A stretch of 64,000 nucleotides of DNA, taken from assembly GCA_002633005.1 (NCBI GenBank), contig NMRA01000393.1, positions 131,828 to 195,827 of the forward strand, in the 5' to 3' direction. The translations under genes were made by a program, and so were the position numbers. The number at the start of each line of letters is the position of its first letter. Positions within the stretch are counted from its first letter, which is position 1. The DNA comes from Phoronis australis. Lineage: Eukaryota; Animalia; Phoronida. The notes beneath the pieces are model-generated. The model made no database searches and was not told the origin of the DNA. It saw only the letters and a list, made by a program, of their open reading frames with translations. Positions 13,301 to 25,300 of the stretch are shown piece by piece.

Positions 13301-16300
13301 GAGCATTTGTTACACCATAGCATCGGAAAGTTTCCGCACCAAGCGAAGAGTCGTCACTTTTAAGACTATCGGCCATTCGGACTTTCGGAGCAATGCACTT
13401 CGGACTCGGGGAAAATAGGTTGATCATTGTCTCTTGATGTCAGATAAATATGGTGAAATCACTTACTGAGAGACTAAAATTGACGGGTGGTAGATGACGT
13501 TTCGGCTTGGTCTGCCAGGCCTCTGTTAATGACTAGAGTATCTGGAGTATTTATAAGGATGTCACTGTAGAGGGGAGATAAATGAACACCACCGTCCCGA
13601 TTCAAAAGAGGGCATTGGATCCTGATTTTGATAGATTCCTTACGTGCTTGCCAATTCTGCTCCTTGCCAATGATCTTGGCGGAGGCAAGAGATTCAGAAT
13701 GTCCAGTGACCAAAGTGTGCTCATCCACGGCATTCGATCTGTCGAGTTTCATTGTGTTGGTTCCGAATTACCTTTTTGTTTACCCATTATAAAGGTTGCC
13801 GGTATCCTGGTCACAGGTAAACTGGTTGATAACACCGAGATTGTTTCTCCGTGGGTGTTTGGCCTTTAGGTCTAACGCGCACTGAACGAAGGCGGTTTAT
13901 GGGTTTCATGTATGAACAGAACCCATAGGTTTAGTATATACCTTGCAGACGTTCAGGCAGCCCTTTTATGGGGACGTAGGAATCAACTGGTTTTTCGGAC
14001 AATCTAGCCTATCCGGTCAGTATCGGTGGCATTTATTCAAACGAAATAAAACATCAATAAACCCGCTTCCCAACACGAAACCAACTTGATATAAGACTCA
14101 TTTTATAGCGGTAAGTAACCCAAATTAAAATTCGTTTTCTTTTGCGGAACGCGGGTTCATAGCCCCTTTAATAAGCCTATTAACACTTTCGATATTCTTC
14201 GATATTCTAACGGAGAACCAAAGCAATGCTGATGAAACTCAAGGCATCCAAACGTAGACACATTGATTTAAATGATCGCAAATTCGCGTAAGGTTTTTAC
14301 AAAATGTTGCTTGTTTTCAATCGATTTGAACTTCGTTTTTTAAATGTTGGTTGAACATACATGAGAAAAGCTCGCCTGGTCTCCAACTACATGAGCAAAG
14401 CCCTCATACTCAGGTTTTGTTTATAACCTAGAAAGTATCAACTTACCAACCCCCTGTTGTCACTAGTAGTAGAAATAGTAAACACTGGAACTTGACACCC
14501 AGCCACAAGCTATTCACTTCCTGGCATAGTATTCTGTAAACTCTATAAATGACTTTTATAAAATACTTAAAGACTTTTCGTTACAATATACAAAAACAGC
14601 ACAAAAAACAATGTATGATATGACGTCGAATTTTTTTTCTACATCCAATATTTATGATTTTACAAAATAATGAGTTGATGTGAAGGTGGTGTATGAATAC
14701 TAAAGTTGCAGTAATTTTCATAATGGGCTTTGGCAATTTATTTTCGAGGTTTTCAGTTTCATTCATACACTTTTTAGAATTTCATGATATTTCCATAATA
14801 GTGGTTATAATAGTTTTACAGCTATATCATATATTGAGAACTATTTCAGTTGCGCATTGATATTTTCCTGGGTAAGTTGGTTAAGCAGATGGCACTGGTG
14901 TCATTCATGTAAATGAACACCAGTGAGTAGAGTAAGGAACAAAATAATGGCAGATTTTTTTAAAGTTGGCGACTATTGTCAAGCTGTCGATGAATGTGGA
15001 CATTGGGCCGACGGCATTATTGTGTCAAATGCAAATGGAGAGTTTGTTGTAAAATTTCCCGGTTGGCCCGGTCATGACATTANCTATCCGGTCAGTATCG
15101 GTGGCATTTACTCAAACGAAACAAAACATCAATAAACCCGCTTCCCAACACGAAACAAACTTGATATAAGACTCATTTTATAGCGGTTAGTAACCCAAAT
15201 CAAAATTCGTTTTCTTTTGCGGAACGCCCCTTTAATAAGCCTATTAACACTTTCGATATTCTTCGATATTCTAACGGAGAACCAAAGCAATGCTGATGAA
15301 ACTCAAGGCATCCAAACGTAGACACATTGATTTAAATGATCGCAAATTCGCGTAAGGTTTTTTCAAAATGTTGCTCGTTTTCAATCGATTTGAACTTCGT
15401 TTTTTAAATGTTGGTTGAACATATTGGATATTTAATGTGAAATACCGCAATTGGATATTGGTTTGGACAATGAAAATAATGAAAATGGAATGAACGGAAT
15501 GCAGCGCGTTTTTCTTGTATAAATTATTGCTCATTGCAGTGACTTGGAGCACAACCTGATCCACCAATTGAAAAGTACGACCTTCTCGAGAACTCCAAAC
15601 TTGACTACGTTGTAAGTATTTTTTAACAGAAATCAATTGGCATTTTCGAGATATGTAATTTATGCCGGCTGTTCATGCTCTTTTTACCTCTTAGGATGTT
15701 TGTCAGTGGCATCACTTCTTGTGACGGGAGGAAAAATTAGCTCTTTTTAAAAGGTTCTGAACGAAACAGAGACCTCCCAACTTGGAAACGTTACACCTTT
15801 GTAGTACATTTGTTTATCGCTAGCTTGTGACGTCTGCTCGACTAAAAACCATTTGGCATACAACATCTTGTCTTTCAGAATTCTGGACAACAACTTGATT
15901 GCCAAACTGGAAAGGGATGCGTTCAAATCTGTCGAAATGTTGTCAGAACTAAGTCTCTCAAACAACAAAGTCAGCCATCTTCCTATAGGCATCTTTCGCT
16001 TCAACAAACAACTTCAAACCATGTGAGTATCTTTTCCTTAGGTTACTTTGTTCTTGCCTTCGGATATATTCTGGCCTATATTGTGCTGTCACTGCCAACT
16101 ACTTAGTCCATGTCGTCTGCTTTTACACGTGACCACTGAGAGAGCCAGCTTGCAGCCATATTTTTTACCTCTGAAGGTAAAGGACAGCCATATTCTCTGC
16201 AATATCTCTGTGCACGTGACGTTGATAACGAGTCACTCATTCTGAACACGGTAAATTTTACGAACGCTTTTAAAAATAAGTGTTTGGTATACCATTAGTG

Positions 16301-19300
16301 TAATCTATTTATCCAATTTACATTTACTTACTGTTTTGTAGACGCCTTAACAAAAATCCAATAACCGGACTGCCTGTCGATCTATTCAAGTACAATTTGC
16401 GTCTCGTGTCTTTAAGTCTCAGTGACACCTTAATTGAAGACTTAGACAAAGCCACTTTTGAACATCTTACAGCGCTTGAACATGTGTAAGTAATTTTTTT
16501 GAATAAGGGTACAGTCCCAGAAATCGCTTTCTCATTATACCCAGGTTCCTATTCACTCTCTTACCGACATTCACGAGTAAGACCGAGCTCAGAGGAGCGG
16601 GAGACACCTTTGTGCAAAGCTTAACTGTCAGCCAGTTAAGTCAGGATTTGAACCCGGGTCTCCCAGACGGGAGTCCAGAGCTCAGTCTCCATTTATCAGT
16701 TAGTCAGCACTGTCAACTCTGATCATTCTAGACGTGACGCAAGTGGTGTTTGTTATCGAAGATACGAAACCTATAATGGACGCTGACTTAAAGTGACTAT
16801 TAACCCCGCCTTCTTATTTCCATCAGTTACCCTATAAAAATTGGTCTCAGTTTGATCCCTTCTCAGATGAAAAGTGAATTCTGTGTTCTTTATTCATTGA
16901 GGCAGTGGTCGTTGCATATACACGCCGTGACAAGCCAACTTAAAGGGACTGATTGCCAAGCAATAACGATCTGTCAGTTCTGAAATCACCTCTAATTTGA
17001 CCGTACGAAGGAGCTATTTGAGACCTATTTCATATTAACAATAAATTGTCCAAATCATCAGGGTTTTTCTTGAGATGGAAGGCTGGTTTATAGTCGTCTT
17101 AAGAATGAAGGCCCAAAAGTCTTTCATTATTTAAGCCAAATTGCTCGTTATTTAAGCCAAAAAAAAAACATTTTCCTTGTAAATAAGGCAAATCCTGTAA
17201 AGCTGTCAGTTGTTTCGAATTATTTTAAAAACGTGCTGATTATGTCATTTAAAGCTGCATTTGGCATGTTTAGCTGACTAAACACGAAAATCGAATTGAT
17301 CTTCTTTATACTCTCATAATTTTCCTTTCCGTGAAAGAACATGGCAACCATCAGCACCTCTTCAGAGTTTATTGGGGCTGGCCAGCCCTAAAACTACAAT
17401 CCTGAAAATTACCCATTTTCTGAGGAAGTACTGTACAGTTCTCACTGGATTTTGCCTGATGTTCACGTCACTGGACCTGATGCATTTCTTCTGCTCTGGC
17501 TGTAGAAAACTATATGAACTAAATGAAAAACTGTGAGTCATTTAACATCAAAACCTCCGTGCATGACCTGAGAAATTTAATTCTATCACGTTTATTACAT
17601 GTTTACTTCTGTCGAAAGAGGAAGTGGGGGTCCAGGGGAAAAGTGTCAAAAACGCCATAGTGACAGTTTGTAGCTCAAAACGATCACATCCCTGCCAGTG
17701 CTCCAAACCGTCACATCCCTGCCAGTGCTCCAAACCGTCACATCCCTGCCAGTGCTAGACACAAGCCAACTCTAAATTCGGGACGCAAATTTTTTGTAAG
17801 ATTCCATTAATATGGTTCTAGAGTGTTGCCATCCAGTTAGTTGTTTTGCAAATCTGGGTTGTTTGTGGGCTTCCTGAAATCGTAGCAGATTAGTCTCTAC
17901 TCAGTGAGCTGCCATAATGCTGTAGCTGGGGGCCGCCATTTTGTTTGACGAAAAGTGCATCTACAGTCGAGTTTATGGCCTTTTCTCATTCCCAACATAA
18001 TCACAAACTCAAACAAACCGGATTCACTGAACATACATGTAATGCCTACCTCCAAACTACGCTAAACCTGGCCTACCTCAAGTATTTGTTTTTTAGACTA
18101 CTGTCTATCTGCACTGTGGCATCTAAGCTGGTAACGGAAATAAGATTCTACCACGGTAAGGAATAGTATGCGGCCGATTTTGTGGGAGTAAAAGGTCGAA
18201 TTCGATTTTCGTTTTTAGCCAATTAAACAGAGCTAAGCCATCAATTAATTAAAATCATTAACGGTTTAGCTTAAAAAACATAAAAATTTCTAGATTTAAT
18301 ATCTGTGTTTAACGAGAATGGTTCTACATGTATGGCGGCCAAAGTTATGTAAAATGAGCCACAGTCAGTGATGGTTTTACAAGTCAGTAAGGCTACCTTC
18401 AAAAGTAAGTTCGTTCCCACTCACCATTGCCGAAGCCACAATAGTGCGGTTAGACCGTTCCCAACTGATTTGTCTGCGAGAGAAAGACGGTATGGTCGAA
18501 CACACACGTGTCAATTACATTTCATCATCGTAAAGCGTTCACCTAAATTAATGACTTAAATTAGCATGTTTGGGAAGAGCAAGCATTTTTATATTCCGCA
18601 TGAAATTTCCTTCCAGAATCATATCTGCTTGCTTTTTTGTAGAAATGCTACAACTGCACATTTTCTCATTTCTTAACCAGGCGACAAAACCAACTGGCCT
18701 TGTGCAAGAGGTATACAGTTATTTTGTTATCTTTATACACTCCAGTGTAAACAAAAACATTTAATTATAATTCTTCGTGTGAAAAAGGCGCCATTTCTTT
18801 TAATTTTTAGATACATGAAATATCACGACCACTGCTATGTGCTGCCCAGTTATTTAATTGACTGTCATCCCAAGACGGACGGCATTTCTGACTCAAAGAA
18901 CCTCCTGGCCTATCCTATATTACGCATATCTGTGTGGTTCATCGCTTGCATCACTCTTTCGGGCAACTTCATCGTCATGTCATGCAGACTCGTCGATGTG
19001 TTAAAAGAGAAGGACAAGTCCATTCACTTGCTGTCGGTGACTAATCTCAGCGGTAAGTAGCTGTGTTAAGTCTATTGAATCTATCCATTGTATGTTAAGC
19101 GTCTTAAACTAATGAAGGGGCAACGTAATCAGCAGCTAGGTGCCGAGAAGTCCCACCGGATACACATGACCAGCCGCCATTGTTTCTGAAAATCTCTCAA
19201 GTCAATGTTTTTGAATGTGTTCTATTCGGTGTCCAATTAGCGGAATTAGCCAATTTTAAAAGTCTACTTTCGTAGAAATTTAAGTGGGGACATGGGGACT

Positions 19301-22300
19301 TTCATAAGTAAAGTTATCAGGTTCATCTTTTGCACACGCATGTGTCTTTGTTGTATCATAGGCGGATTTAGGGGGTGGCCCAGGGGGCCCGGCCCCCCCC
19401 CCCCCTTGGCTGCCGCAAAAAAAATAAAACAGTAAGAGCGTAGGGAAATGGTGAGTTTATTAATTAACCCCGGTAATTAAAATTATACGGATGAAAAAAG
19501 ATATAAATGTGTGCAGCTTTAGTGTTGGGGGGGCTCAAATCCAATTTCAAGTGTCAAATTCGGAACACGGCGCGTTCGTAGCGGAACTATGGCTAAGTAT
19601 AGAATCTCCCGCGATATCCTAGGCGACCGGCAGCGGCGCTGTGCACTACGACTCCGTTTCCGTCGTCTGCTCCACTGTGCAATGAAGAAAATTTACTTCA
19701 TTTTTTAACGAAAGTGGAACCTGAGTGACGATGAAAAAACAGAAGCTGCTGGTAAGATGTGAATTTTAATCGAAGCCTTAGTGAATCACTCAGAAACTCG
19801 CAATACTCTCTTTGTCAAACCTTATCTTAAGACGGTTTCCAAANNNNNNNNNNNNNNNNNNNNNNNNNNNNNNNNNNNNNNNNNNNNNNNNNNNNNNNNN
19901 NNNNNNNNNNNNNNNNNNNNNNNNNNNNNNNNNNNNNNNNNNNNNNNNNNNNNNNNNNNNNNNNNNNNNNNNNNNNNNNNNNNNNNNNNNNNNNNNNNNN
20001 NNNNNNNNNNNNNNNNNNNNNNNNNNNNNNNNNNNNNNNNNNNNNNNNNNNNNNNNNNNNNNNNNNNNNNNNNNNNNNNNNNNNNNNNNNNNNNNNNNNN
20101 NNNNNNNNNNNNNNNNNNNNNNNNNNNNNNNNNNNNNNNNNNNNNNNNNNNNNNNNNNNNNNNNNNNNNNNNNNNNNNNNNNNNNNNNNNNNNNNNNNNN
20201 NNNNNNNNNNNNNNNNNNNNNNNNNNNNNNNNNNNNNNNNNNNNNNNNNNNNNNNNNNNNNNNNNNNNNNNNNNNNNNNNNNNNNNNNNNNNNNNNNNNN
20301 NNNNNNNNNNNNNNNNNNNNNNNNAAATGTGCAAGTGTAGACGTGGGAACTTTTTGGAATTTGATTTATGGGTATATTATCTAGCCACATAGAAAAAACT
20401 AGGTTGCCCCCCCCAAAGTACTCACAAGGGAGAACGCTATGAGATCTGGCCCACCGACTATAAGGCGGCCAAAGTTATGTAAAATGAGCCACAGTCAGCG
20501 ATGTTTGTACAAGTCAGTAAGGCTACCTTCGAAAGTAAGTACGTTCCCACTCACCATTGCCGAAGCCACAATAGTGTGGTTAGACCGTTCCCAACTGATT
20601 TGTCTGCAAGAGAAAGACGGTATGGTCGAACACACACGTGTCAATTACATTTCACCATCGTAAAGCGTTCACCTAAATTAATGACTTAAATTAGCATGTT
20701 TGGGAAGAGCAAGCATATTCATATTCCGCATGAAATTTCCTTCCCGGCAGAATCATATCTGTTTGCTTTTTTATAGAAATGCTACAACTGCTCATTTTCT
20801 CATTTCTTAACCAGGCGACAAAACCAACTGGCCTTGTGCAAGAAGTATACAGTTATTTTGTTACCTTAATACATTCCAGTGTAAACAAAAACATTTTATT
20901 ATCATTCTTCGTGTGAAAAGGGCGCGATTTCTTTTAATTTTTAGGTATATGAAATATCACGACCACTGCTATGTGTTGCCCAGTTATTTAATTGACTGTC
21001 ATCCCAAGACGGACGGCATTTCTGACTCAAAGAACCTCCTGGCCTATCCTATATTACGCATATCTGTGTGGTTCATCGCTTGCATCACTCTTTCGGGCAA
21101 CTTCATCGTCATGTCATGCAGACTCGTCGATGTGTTAAAAGAGAAGGACAAGTCCATTCACTTGCTGTCGGTGACTAATCTCAGCGGTAAGTAGCTGTGT
21201 TTAGTCTATTGAATATATCCATTGTATGTTAAGCGTCTTAAACTAATGAAGGGGCAACGTAATCAGCAGCTAGGTGCCGAGAAGTCCCACCGGATACACG
21301 TGACCAGCCGCCATTGTTTCTGAAAATCTCTCGAGTCAATGTTTTTGAATGTGTTCTATTCATTATCCAATTAGCGGAATTAGCCAATTTTAAAAGGCTA
21401 CTTTCGTAGAAATTTAAGTGGGGACATGGTAAAGTTATCCGGTTCACCTTTTGCACACGTATGTGTCTTTGTTGTATATACTTCGAGGCGCAAGAAATTC
21501 ATGCAGACGTGAAAGTAACCAGTTACATATACATCAGAGAAGCAAAACAAGAAATAGTAATTTATCAATGATAGAGAAACCTCTTAAAGCAGATTAACAT
21601 AATCAACAAATTTAGATTGTACATTTTCACTTGTTACTAAGCTTTTAAATTCGAAACTCATCTTCTGTAGATTTTCCAGTACAAAATGAGCCAAACCGAA
21701 AGTGTCGGTCACTGTGTCACTGAGACTCGATAGCTAATTTACGATTCTCGAATCGTTTCATAGCACGTCTAAATACAGATGGTAAATCTAGTGCTAACTA
21801 AAGTCCTTAACCAAAATCTATTTTGCTCTAATATTAATATCCGACTGCCTTTCTTGCAAATAACAAACTTTTAATCTTTCTTCAAAAACTACAAGAAAAC
21901 TTATATCCCTATCAACGTCTAGTTGGAACCACACCATTCCAAAACCATAGCAGTACAGTAATATTATACCATAATATTAGCCTCGAATGGCAGATACAAC
22001 CGTGTAATAACCCATCAAATTATCCCACTAGTGAGATAACATTTTGGCAGCAAACCGAGGCTGGATTCGAACCCGGGCCTCAAGAGTTTCGAGTTGCCGA
22101 CTTTACCACTACACAACTCAGCGGCTGACGTCATCGAACGTGAAAATAGAATACTTAAATGAGCACGCGCAACAATCGCATGTTCAGCAAAGGGCATTGC
22201 ACCGACATTTATACGCTATGATAAATAAAACGCATAATTTCCATAAAAACGATATTTTAATTCAGTGAAATTTTTCTCTCGTGTACTCTCACTTGTAAAT

Positions 22301-25300
22301 CACCGATCTCCAATTTGAATGCGGGTATCGTGTCGTCAGGATCCTTTGACTTGAGCATTATAGTCAGTTACTAGTGGTAACCTACTTTAGCAGACGATAT
22401 TTTCCCGGTCGAAGCTTAGCGTGAAAAGGTGTAGTAAGGTGTAATAGTTGCTAAACATTAATTTATAGATTCACTTTCTATTTTGTTTTATTTTTCAATT
22501 GGTTCTGAGTAAAAGCATAACTTGACAAAAATAGCTCGGCTTGTCATAAAAGGTCACGACCTCCGACCCCGGGCATCTGACACAGAAAGTAGTTACAAGG
22601 CCAAGGCGAGTCGAGAAAGGTAGATCGATTCATTGCAATGTTTCTCGTTCAGTACGTATTTGTAGAATTATCACCCTCGGGGCTAACACCCCTCGGGCGA
22701 TAATTCTCCAAAATCCACTCGGGCTCTAAATAACGAAGGATAACGACTTCGCCATGTAATAATCTATATATCTAATTGCTGGCACGCCACGTAAACTTAC
22801 CAACAACATCCAACTCACAAATAGAGAATCCTACACTCGTCTCAGGTTTATGACATGGGCAAAACCTCTAGGAAATTTCGTCAAAACCCCGTGGCTTGTG
22901 TTCACTCATGAACCGTAAAAACGATATTTTTGCCGAAAAACTCGACGTGTCTAAAACTTTCAACCACATGACACAAGTTTTGTAAAAACACTCTTGTGCA
23001 ATGTAAAGTAAACTCAGTTACTTTTTGTAAATAATTTTATTTTCAATTCTTTTTTATTAATGGTATCAACGAAATTAATGTTTTTTAATCAAAATACACC
23101 ATTTTTCCAATAATTTAGATCTAAATCTCTGCAATATACTGCTACTTTTTATTTTTATATATAACTGCAGAAAATTTCAAAATTATATTACTCGTAATAT
23201 TGCGGCGATTTCCGTAAAAATGTGTCAGAATTCTGACACATTTCATTTCCTATGACCAAGCCTCAAATAGCTAAACCGATCAGCGCCATCTTGAGGCTTG
23301 GGGACGAGGCTGCCTCCTTTTACGGAAGTCCAAAACTAAACGAAACAAGACTCGTCATTGAAGCAATCGCACTGTGTCTCTTTAAACCCTTAGAAAGAAT
23401 AGTTGCGTTGTGGTAATCACCATATTTTACCTTACAGCTGCTGACTTCTTGATGGGCGTTTACCTGTTAATCATTGGAATATTTGACGTCAAGTTTAGGG
23501 ACGAATTCGATGTAAATTACATGAAGTGGGCTCAGAGTGCTGGATGTCAGATAAGTGGATTTATAGGAATGGTGTCGAGTGAGGTGTCCATTCTCATTCT
23601 TGCCTATATGTCACTGGAACGGTGTATTAACAGCTCTTCACCGTACAGAACTGGGATCATCACCGTAAAAACTGCTTGCATTTTTATGCTCTTCATTTGG
23701 CTTCTTGGTTTTCTGGTGGCCAGTCTTCCTCTGATGCCTATTTGGAGAAGTAGCCGAGGATTTTACGGCACAAATGGCGTATGCTTCCCATTACACATCC
23801 ACAGAGCGTACAAGTCAGGCTGGGAGTACTCCATGTTGGTCTTTGTCGTCATCAACTCATGTGCATTGATGGTGATGATTGTATGCTACACAGCATTATT
23901 CCGTAATATACAAAGAACACAGAAACCAGTGATGAAAATAAATAAAGTGGCAAAAACTGCCCACAACAAAAGGATCTTCTTTTTCGTACTCACTGATTCT
24001 CTGTGCTGGATTCCAATCATACTGATCAAGCTGTGCGCATTAAGCTTCCTTCCAATTCCCGGTAAGCTTGTCACGACATTTGACACTTATTCTTCCAAAC
24101 TCCCTTAAATACCACGTATGGTGTTGCACTTCACTTGCAAATAATTAAGACCTGACAACTGTATAGAGATTCAAGTTCACCTACACACGTACATTGTTAA
24201 CAAATCTCTGTTGATGTAGTATTCTTTATAGGCCTAATAAGGTTGGCTTTAGTAGGATGGCGAATCAAATGTGAGCGCAACCCTCCACCACACGATCGAC
24301 TCTAGTTTGACCTTTGTATCCACCTTGCGTCACCCCGAGATCAACACCAGTTTTATGCCCCTCTAGTCTCAGTGTACACCCGTTTTACTTCCACCCACAT
24401 TCCCACGCCGACACCAAATGAATCACCTCTGACTTCCCACTTTTCGTCGCCACATTTGTACGCCATCGCCAGACGTTACTGTTGCGGTGGAGGCAGTAAC
24501 CACAAGCTTTGGTTCTCTTTCAAAATTTTGCGAGAAATACGGGATAAATTGCATCACCTCTGAATGAATTCGTGGAACATCGTGTCCGAAACTTCGGTTT
24601 CTCCACGGGACGAGTCTCCAAACACCAGTCGAAATTTTTCATTTGAAACAGTTGTCCAAAGTATTGAGAGATCATTTACAGGTAAATTTGAAAACAATTG
24701 TTGTGCAATCACTTGATTTATTTACACGTAAAAATAACAACCACTTATGGCCTTAAATAGTCGAACATCCCGTGGCTACTGGAGACAATTAATTTACTCT
24801 GTGTTAATTTGTTTGCTCTTTTAGATGCTTTGCACGCGTTTGTTGCCGTCTTTGTTCTTCCCGTGAACAGCGCAGTCAACCCTCTTATATACTCGTTAAC
24901 TACGCTGACTTTCAGACGAAAGTTCCTGCGAATAGTCTGCTCAAAGTCATTTCGAGGCCTCTTCAGAAAGTTTTCAGGTATTATGTATGGCGTGTTCTCT
25001 CTTGGCATTTCTTAAATGGCAGAAAATAATTTGAATATGTACATCCGCCACGTGGTTCTTGTGAACTAGTCAAATGGGCCAACTCATAAGCTAACATTTG
25101 GAAGTTTTGTTTCCCCAGTGCATGCCTGAGCCAAGGCACCTTAACTACACGGTTAACGGACTGCTAAACACGGTGTCGCCAAAAACGCTACTCAAGTCCC
25201 CGTAAACACCGTTCACTGACTCACATACACGGGATCCGACTCACAAAACACGATCCATTCACCCAACATACACGGTCACGGACTCATACTCACGTAGAAA

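Larger units (their letters stand above)
18333..21477. repeat. ~1-kb direct duplication (18333-19356 / 20463-21477) across the N gap 19844-20324; includes an LGR exon
   Basis: High identity with small indels; copy 1 runs into a GC-rich TE terminus at ~19357 that copy 2 lacks. Confidence 0.88.

Noticed and set aside
19781-20392. Long poly-X ORFs
   Set aside because: Assembly gap of Ns at 19844-20324
22050-22125. tRNA gene candidate (B-box on minus strand)
   Set aside because: No convincing cloverleaf; embedded in an interspersed repeat, and partly deleted in the second copy
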